From: Amoebidium appalachense
Lineage: Eukaryota; Protista; Ichthyosporea
DNA length: 64,000 nt
Direction: 5' to 3'
Assembly (NCBI GenBank): GCA_963693365.1
Contig: CAVNZM010000011.1
Coordinates: 8,049,937-8,113,936, forward strand
Shown in pieces: positions 45,697 to 64,000 of this stretch (position 1 is the stretch's first letter; every line of letters begins with the position of its first letter). Under the pieces are notes generated by a model, which saw only the letters and a list, made by a program, of their open reading frames with translations, did no database searches and was not told where the DNA came from. A program made the position numbers and the translations under genes.

Positions 45697-46456
45697 GTGT
45701 CAATCTTCTCTAAAAAGTGTTCCTCCCCTCCCACGATTGTGACTCTTTCGTACATTGGTGTATTATATCCTTCATTTCATTTGGCCCTTCCTGTTCCCAT
45801 TACGTCTCCTTTCAATATCTTCGAATTCCTTTTCAATCCCACGGGGAAAAATACTACAAAACCCATTAACGTGTAGCTTTGAATGGTATGGCATATGCAG
45901 GTTATCACTTTACACGTATATATGTACACCGTAAGTCAAGATGGCAACAAACATCACATAAAGAAGAACATAACACATGATACTAGACCTAACTTATGCT
46001 GATATCTAGATACCTTGAATGCATAAAATATACCCATGTTGTTTAACTCATTCACCTAAAAATGACATTAATTACACATGCGCAGGCTCACACCAGTAGT
46101 TGTTACAACAATCCAGAAGGAAAGCAAGAAAGAAAAGGAAGGAGAGGGAGAGCAGAGAGTTCTGATCAGGGAGGGGGGAAGGGGGGGGGGGGGGGGGGGG
46201 GGGATGGCTCAAAAAAGAGGGAGCAAGGTGGACGGGGAAAGGGGGGGAGGGGGGGGGATAGGAGGGGGGGGGGGGGGGGGGGCACAGGAGGGGGGGGGGG
46301 GGGGGGGGGGGGGCACTGCCTCTGGATGTGGACTCAGATTCATTGAAGGTATGGAGTTGTGTGTGCAGTCTTAAACAGTATTTCATGTCTGTGTTTTAAT
46401 GCCTTACTGCTTTATGATTTATTTTTGCTCACTTGTATGCTTCTTCGGACAGCTTT

Positions 46457-55684
<9,228 letters not shown>

Positions 55685-56435
55685 CTTGTTCTGATGTTGA
55701 TGCGTTAGGCTCTTTCCTGGTCAAAAAATCCCCCTTGGCCCCCCTATAGTAACCCCGAGGTTCCAGCTGCCTTATCCCTAAAACGTAAACTTTGAATCGA
55801 CAACCCTTGCTGCACCAGAGAAGTAAATTTAACGATCCTTGGTAAATAATTTTTGGGGCTTGAGCTAGCTGGACGAACCTGTAAAGGTCCAGGATCCGCG
55901 GAACTACACAGCACACACGCGTGTAAAAAGGCACCTGTTTCACAACTTGAATACACAGAGAAAAATATGCGAGATCTAGAGTTCAGATGCGCATCCCTAT
56001 GTCATGTTTGGCGTGTTGGTGCGCTTTCTCACTCTCTTCTGTTGCCGGCGGGGCTCTTTCAGGTTCCGTGAAAGTACAACCTTGAAATGTCCAAGCAATG
56101 TTGTCATTGAAAATATACTAAGCCTTTAGGCGAACGAAACAGAGTCACTTCCAACGATCGGGGGCAGTGGTGAGCCTTTGTGACGGCCTTTCAGAGCAAC
56201 TTGACAAGGCGAAGGCTTAGTGCCGCAGATATTAGAAAATTTCCCGCCAAGAAGTGCCCTCTAAACCAATCAGCTTCTACCTTTCATTCGTTGGTGCGAT
56301 TTGCTACATATCACGCAATGGTCGTGAGATCTCGTAGTTTTGCTTCATCCGGCCTTATCTAGGCGGGCCCGGAGGGGGGGAAGGGGAGGGGGGAGGGGAG
56401 GGGAGGGAGATAGAGAGAGAGGGGGGGGGAGAGAG

Positions 56436-56476
<41 letters not shown>

Positions 56477-56513
56477 GAGTGAGTGAGAGAGAGGGAGAGA
56501 GAGAGAGAGAGGG

Positions 56514-56574
<61 letters not shown>

Positions 56575-56610
56575 AGGTGGGGGGAGGGGCCTTCACAAGG
56601 TAATAACGGT

Positions 56611-56654
<44 letters not shown>

Positions 56655-56731
56655 ACCCACCCACCCAAAAAAAATAAAAATAAAAATAAAAATAAACGGC
56701 CCCCGGTGGTCACCCTTTGTCCCACGAATGC

Positions 56732-56797
<66 letters not shown>

Positions 56798-57470
56798 GTG
56801 TTTGTGTGTGTGTGTATGTGTGTGCGTGTGTGTGTGTGGTGGGGGGAAAAGGGGTTAGCCTGGAGGTGGGTTGACGTCTGCATCTAGAGCAACGTTGTGT
56901 ACACTGTCACGTATGTCCTTAGTAAGTTTACATTACAATAATACGTGAAAGTTCGTCTTCTGCAATGTCACAAACATCGAGCTTCCAGGCCCTTTTTGCC
57001 TGGTGTACATGTTAGTGTTCTATTAGTCACAACCCAATTATTACATGATCGTACAGACTCAGGGTGTGAGTTGGCGCCATATTACCGCCAGAGTTCTCTG
57101 TGAATGTGGACCTAATTACAAGTGTGCCGTTGTTACATACAGTCTCTCCCGAGCTCCCCCCGGTAAAAATAAACAAATAAACCTTATGCAACAACCTTAA
57201 ACTTTTTTCACCAACACACCGACACATCTTCGATACAATAATAAATGGTCCAATGCCTCATATTACGGAAATTCTTACCTCTACAAGGTCTTACTATATA
57301 TTGCTCTAACCACTTACCTATCAAACACACGTACATGAACACACCATTTCCACCTTCTACTCAACACGTACATATACGAAAGCCATATCGGCCATAACAT
57401 CGTACTATCACCTGCAAATATTCAAATACATCACATTGAAGAAACCACCATATTAACCCGTCGCACTTCA

Positions 57471-58880
57471 CTACATAACCACACACCCGCCACTCCCTCC
57501 ACCCTTCTCCCTATACGCCACCTTCTTCTTCTGCCAGTTCAAGTGGCTTCTCAGGTTCTCCGTGCTAGTCGTGGGGCCCATTGCTCTCTCCTTGGGGTCT
57601 ATGGCGTGTGCAATAGGTACCCGCACAACCCCACCAGTGTTTGCTGCAATGTTCCCAGCCACCGTCTCCCTCCCATGCAGCCCTCCGCGCACACTGCTCC
57701 TCCACGCAGCCCACCTGCCCAACCTCTCTATCTCCTTCTCTGCCTCGCTCTCACTTCCTGTTCCCGAACTTTCCCTGCTCTTCGTGGTCGTCTCCCTAGA
57801 CGCAGTTGTGTCCGTCCCCCTTGGCTGCGGTGTCTGAAACGAAGACATAAACAACGACCGAATGCCCCCGGAACGAGAAGAACCCCTCGAAGTTCCCGAA
57901 CCCCCCGAAGTTCCAGAAGTTCCCGAAATTCCGGACATGTCAGAGGTGCGTGATTGGTTCGATTCCGCCGAATTTGGGTCGCCCTGCTCGGCTATCTGCG
58001 ACTGGGCTTGGCTGTAGTGTTGCCTAACACTTGCCGTTGTCCACACACGGACCAGTTCTGCGATCGGAATGTTGATTGCTGGTTGCGTAGCCGTGACCTC
58101 AAAGTGGTCGATGCCGAAATCGTGGGCCAGCTGCAGGGCCGCACGGCTAGACACCTCCCGCCTGCCGATCTCGTCCGACTTGTTGCCGCACAGCACACGC
58201 GGTATTTGCCCTGTAAAGCAACCAGAGGGGTTTAGTGCTTCACCACCCAGCCCAGGGGAGAGGGGGGGCGGGCAGGCGGGCGGGGGGGGGGGGGGGAGGA
58301 GGGGGTCACAAATCTAAGAAGTTCAGAGCTAGGAACTTAACCCTCTCCCAGGTGCCATAAGGCGAGGTAGGTCTATACGAAGGAAGCCCCTAGGTATAGG
58401 GAGATCGGACCATAACCGGCTAAAAAATACAATATTTCATAATAAGTTCCCAAAATAAAAACATAAACCCAAAAACCATAATCCTATGTGTCTGGGCCCT
58501 AAACGGGGGGGCTGCCATAAGGCTAATCAAAGCAACTCTAATATCGGCTCTATCTCCCAGCTGTCCACTATGATTATTTTGTAGTTTAAGTGTAAACTAC
58601 GGATCAAAGTTTGTGCTTCATTCCGACATGCCTCAGCATGTGTGTTTCTTGGCTTGGGCTCACCAATCTACAATTTGCTTGTGTTTGACCAATATGTAAA
58701 GCTAACACCGGAATCCGATGTCGAAAACACTTCGGTAACGCTGTGAATAACCCGAAAATGGTTTGCAGAAAGGTGAATGAATCCCGGAGTATTGAAGAAT
58801 CTGTTTCGGACCATCTCAAAGCATTTATCGCTCCTGATGACCACGGGGGAATTTCGTAATGGTATTCCTGCCAAAAGAGT

Positions 58881-58920
<40 letters not shown>

Positions 58921-60511
58921 TTCTTCGGTCTGCCCCCATCCCCACACACCCATCGTCTCGTTGCCCATACCTTCCGGTCTTTCCCTTCAACAGATCCCCC
59001 CCCCCCCCCCCCCCCCCCTCCTCCCCCTCCCTCCCCCCCCCCCCCCCCACACACACACACATATACAAAGCATGCACACACCAAGGACCTTCCACTGCTC
59101 TTTCTTAATATTTCCAGTACTCTCCTTTCCACACCCCCAGCCACCCCCCACACTGCTTTTATATGCCGGATTATTACCGTTACTTCCCTTTCACACTACC
59201 CACCGTTACTTCCCTTTCACACTGCCTATGAATCAACTACACCGCCAACACGACCCACAGCACACAAGTGCTAATTTTTGCCCAAATTATTAGTCATGCC
59301 CTACTCACCATACACACACCACACAACCCCACACACATGCAACCTAGCCACACCCTACACCCTACACCACACACACAAACCCACACAACAACACGGCACA
59401 CAATACACACCCCCTGCATCCCCTCCCCCCCTCCCCCCACCGCCCACTCCTCGTTTCCCCCCTCCCTCCCCCCCCCCCCCCCCCCCACACACACACACCC
59501 TGTTCGCCTCACACACACACCATACACCCACCATACACACACACAGCAACACCCCCCCCACACATACATGCACACGCATGCATACACACATACCCCTTGT
59601 CTGACCAACCAGGTCCAGTGCTGATGCGGCATATTCCAGACTCTTCTCGTTGTCCAGGGCATACAGTACCAGGCACCCGTCGGCCTCAGCTAGGGCCTGT
59701 AGCATGCGGTCCGTGTACAGGCTGTCTCCACGGCTGTCGATCAGAGTGATCTCATACGCCTGCCCGTCAATCTGCATGGGGGAGGGAGGGGGGGAGGGGG
59801 GGAGGGAGGGAGGGGAGGGGGAGAGGGGAGGAGGGGGGAGGGGGAGGGGGAGGGAGGAGGAGGAGGGAGGGAAAGTGAGTGTGAGAGTTGGTGGGCTAAG
59901 ATGTATTGTATGGTGTGTGGGCATGGATTTGGAATCGACAAAAGCTTGCGTGTTTTAAGGGGGTGGGTGGGTGGGTGGGTGGGTTTTGTGCTCGGCTGCC
60001 AGTAAATCGTTTCAAAGATACAAATTTGTGAGAGAGTGTAGAAAAGTCATGATGTGGAGTTTGAGGAATTTTGGGCTTATGAGCTTAGGAGGGGATGTGA
60101 ATGGGTGTTGTAGATGGGCGTTTTAATCGGGTGTTGTACCGTTGAAACTTTGGTTGGGTGGATTGATTGGGGTATATTGGTGCTGTGTGTTTGTGCGGCT
60201 CGCGGTGCTGGCTGTGGAGTAGGGGGTGGGGAGGGGGGAGGGGGAGGGTAAGGTGAATCAGAAAAAAATATGAACACTGGCACGCAAGGGGATAAAGAAG
60301 GGTCTTGCGGAGTTGTTGAAAACACAATCGATGTTGGCCAAGAGTTTTGGGTGTGCTTTGTTTGTAATCAAGTATCATCTGCATTGAGAGATCTACCTAA
60401 AAGCAAGAAAAGCCCAAAGGGGAGGGCAAAGAGGGTATTGAAGCTGAGGGGGAGGGAGTAGGAGGAGGAGGAGAAGGACGACGAGGAGGAGGTGGTGGTG
60501 GTGGTGGTGGT

Positions 60512-60549
<38 letters not shown>

Positions 60550-62626
60550 GGGGGGAGAGATGAAACAGGGCCAGAAGTAACTCACATCCCAAGAACACTA
60601 AACAAGGCACGTTAATGTTCCTCCCATTACCTTCACGGTCTTGGTGTAGGGCTCGAAGAAGGAGTCTGTGTATGACTCCTCAAAATAGCCGTGTACAAAC
60701 CTGCGCGCCGCCGCCGTTTTGCCGACGCCAGACGCACCCAGGAGGAGAACCCTGACCACAGGATGTTGTGTGTACCTAAAGAAAGATTGCCCGTGTCAGA
60801 ATACAAAAGGTATCCACGTGTAAAAGGCTTAAAGTGTGCTTGTGTATGTTGTGTTAAGCATGTGTTGCCCTCTGCTCCCTGTATGTAAGTTGAGGCATTG
60901 CTTTCATATTTACTTCAGAGTCTCTCCTCATTTCACCAAAGCCAAAACACAGGCACCTATGTCCAAGGTGGATTCCTAAACGGTTGCAATGAATGCATAA
61001 TGTGCACAGGCTTATGCTGTCTCTCCTTCGTGTCTTTCTCTATCCAAGCAATGCATCAGTCCTCTTTGCTGCCTGATGTTTTATCCTTGTAACACAAAAT
61101 CATGCTTACATTGGTGCATATGCTGTGCACATGCAGATGCCACCCCCTCCCTCCTCTCCCCTTCCCCCTCCCCCCTCCCCTCTCTCTCTGTTCAACCAAC
61201 ACATCCACTTTCTCCTCCTCCATCCCTTTTACACTCAACTTGCACCCACCTTGACCTGATAGGGCGCACAGACACCAACATGCCATCCACCGAGACCCTA
61301 TCCACCGACTTGTGCTTGCCAATGGCCAGGGATGCAACGCTGCCGTTTGACCTCAGAGACGTCTGCGAAACATTTCGCTCCAACACCCTCTCCCCTTTGT
61401 CGAGGTTAGTTGCACTCTCGCCCAGGTTTCTGAGGCTGCCGAGGGAGTTGTTTCGTGGGAGGTTGATGGTGCTACGGATGGACCCTGCCGTCTGGCTGCC
61501 CAACGTCACAGACCTGCACCGGGGAGGATTGAGTGAGGGAAGAGGAGGTTAGGATGTGGTATAGAAGTACACAACCATAACTGACAACAGAAACAAGAGT
61601 GCAGACCACCCAAAAAATAGTATGCGTAATTAGAGGAGCCCCCCGGGGGGGGGGGGGGGGGGGGAGGGGAAGGAGGAAGTGGGCGGGGGACGGGGGGAGG
61701 GAAGGTGGCGGGAGTTTATAAATGTGCTACAGAGTACCTACGGACACATATTCGTGGCCGACAACACAAGGTATAGAGTGCAAAACAAACACAGAGTTTG
61801 CATTGAAAGCACATACCAACTGAAGGTGGGGGCGAAAGGGGGGAGGGGGGGGGGAAAGAATGTGTTACAGAGTACGAAGCACATATTCAGGATAGACAAC
61901 ACCGTACAGATTTTGCAAAGCACAAAACGAGCATACATCGTAAGCAAAGCCGATCTTCAAGGGCGGAGAGGGAGGAAGGGGGGGGGGAAGGGAGGGCAAG
62001 TCATCTCCGAAGGAGAGAGGGGGGGGGGGGGGGGGGGGGGGGAGGGGGGGGTGGGTGGGTGGGTGGGTGGGGGGGGGGGGGATTGTTCGAGTCTACATAA
62101 TGCTATTTTTCGCAAAGGATTATGCAAAAGTAAAAGAAGTACAAGAGGTATCCGAATAAGGTATATTTACGTGTTCTGGTGCTCTTTTTAACGAGCCCCT
62201 CCGCCCTCCCCGTCCCCCTCCCCAACCATCACCACCACTTCGACCACCCAGCCTCCTCCTCCTCCTCTCCCCCAACCCAAAGAAGTTATGCGGTCAGATG
62301 TGAAGGCACACACATACAAACACACACACACTCGATCTCCAGCTTTCTCCCAATCACCCTCTCTTGCACGTACTCACACGCACCTATTCACCCAAACCTA
62401 AAATCCTTCACACACACACACACCCATCCACCCATCCCACACACCAGCACACAGACAAACACAAGTCATACAGAGAGTGAGAGAGAAAGGAAAGTCGAGA
62501 AAGAGTGGGACAGAGACTGAGAGAGAAGAACATATGCGCATGTGCATGCACATTATGATACTGGAATGTATATAATGACAAACACAAACTTTCGCGCGCA
62601 CGCACGCACACATATGCGCGCGCGCA

Positions 62627-62673
<47 letters not shown>

Positions 62674-62675
62674 AC

Positions 62676-62717
<42 letters not shown>

Positions 62718-63559
62718 TATTACTCAATGATGACTATCTCTCCCTTTCTCCAAATTGCACTCTCTCCGATCCATCCAACCTGCTGTATCACCCCCAGGAC
62801 CATCCGTGGGTGTATGGAGGCACACCCAAACGCCATAAACGTCAAACACGAGAGCAGCTAAGTTTGGAAACTGATGGTTATAGGAGGCTAAATACACTCA
62901 AGTATGGTAGAGCCAACGAACATACAAGAAACACAGAGACAAAACAACACAAGCACAATAAATCCATGAGGAAGACACATGCTCAATGGTTACCTTCGCC
63001 TTGCCGCCGGTTGCATCCTTATCTGCGATCCCTCAACACTTCCCCCCAACTCATCCAGTGTGGCTACACTCCCGTATGCTCCCAACCTCTCTCCCTCCTG
63101 CCTAACCTGCGATAACATGGTTGCTGACGTGGATAACTGTGTGGTGGATAAGGAGCGACCGATTTGTGTGCTGCGGTGGACTCGTTGTGGGGAACTGAGG
63201 GCCAAATGTGACGCCTGGTTGCTCATTAGAAAACGACTGGGTTGTAGTTGTGAATCTGCTCTATTGAGAGTTTCTGCGTGTTTTAAAGACGAATCCGTGT
63301 TTTCTTCTGAGTTAGAAACGATTGCTAATGTAGGTTCTTCTTTTGCTTGTTGTGTGATGTTTGGTTTAACGAGTGAGCTGGAAAGGCGGCGTGCCTTTAT
63401 GCTTGGACGTCTAAATGAGGAACGTGCCATGAGAAGGTTTTGCTCTGATTTTTGATTTACGCTTGCACAACCCAAAGGAACGGACGTTTCTGCTGCTGCT
63501 GCAATTCTTCTCAGGCAGCTTGCAGAGCCCCCGATTGGGGATGCACTGCTTGTAGCCAT
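57471..63559 (-). CDS. Atypical Ras-family small GTPase, ~630 aa, with a ~280-aa Ser-rich N-terminal extension, a long C-terminal tail and a CaaX box; exons 63559-62994, 61513-61250, 60775-60631, 59771-59594, 58210-57471
   Basis: In-phase GT-AG exons (1893 nt). G1 GASGVGKT, G3 DSRG, G4 NKSD, G5-like EVTAT, and C-terminal KKKVAYREKGGGSGGCVVM*. Confidence 0.85.
61720..61958 (-). repeat. Dispersed intronic repeat, adjacent copies F (61958-61859) and G (~61822-61720), in GTPase intron 1
   Basis: The minus strand reads GAAGATCGGCTTTGCTTACGATGTATGCTC...GTGTTGTC..TGAATATGTGCTTCGTACTCTGTAACACATT, followed by a more diverged copy ending GTACTCTGTAGCACATT. Confidence 0.7.
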
Positions 63560-64000
63560 TTTCGAAGATAAATGGTTAGGTTAGAGGAAGACTGAACGGT
63601 GTGTTGTGCCTGTTTGTGCGCGCTTGCGCGCGTAGTCGCTCTCTACTCGTAAAAGTAAGCCAAATTAGTGATGTGTTTCTTCCTGTTGCTGCCCGAATGA
63701 TACATTTTCAAACGGGAAAGCCAATGTTGTTAACGGGATGCATGCCAGGTGCGACTGTCCGGGTGAACGATGCGAAGGACACTTTCACTAACGGAGGACG
63801 TATCGCTGTTTTTCGAACGCCTAAAAACTTCTTCGACTATGCTTTTCGGGGTGTTCTTTTGAAATCTGGCTAGAGAGTAACGACCAGAGAGCAGAACGAA
63901 ACGAAGCTTGAGAGTGTGTAATGTGTTCCTTTATCCTGTTCCGAGTTCTTAGACTAGCTATGGAGGTGACAAAGTCCAGAAGTTGCCCAGCACTGTCTCA

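Noticed and set aside
58354-58523. 11-bp direct repeat TGCCATAAGGC flanking ~150 bp, as a possible TSD-bounded insertion
   Set aside because: No terminal inverted repeats, tail or second copy in the window; insufficient evidence.

Overview
Eukaryotic genomic DNA with many introns, most likely from an opisthokont. A unicellular holozoan would fit the gene set, but that is inference. The introns are filled with (CA)n/(GT)n, (CT)n and poly-G/poly-C tracts, so almost all ORFs in the supplied track are microsatellite artefacts. Splicing by hand gives six loci. (1) A 5-exon, disabled DDE transposase gene of the Mutator/IS256/ISL3 type (991-8383, +) with a complete WRN/DnaQ-type DEDDy 3'-5' exonuclease inserted inside its catalytic core; it is bracketed by a perfect 23-bp inverted repeat (132-154 / 12515-12537) and has hairpin-rich DNA upstream. 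(2) A 12-exon PRPSAP-like, probably non-catalytic PRPP-synthetase-associated gene (12650-22534, +). (3) A 13-exon SMARCD/BAF60 gene (22594-33941, -). (4) An OTUD4/ALG13-type OTU deubiquitinase (34819-44283, +). (5) An uncharacterised coiled-coil gene (about 46457-55684, -). (6) An atypical Ras-family GTPase with long extensions and a CaaX box (57471-63559, -). Beyond the genes there is a ~100-120 bp intronic repeat whose 7 copies all lie in the sense orientation of four different host genes, repeated tandem duplication of 3' splice sites, acceptors preceded by (CA)n instead of a pyrimidine tract, and a degenerate MITE-like foldback.
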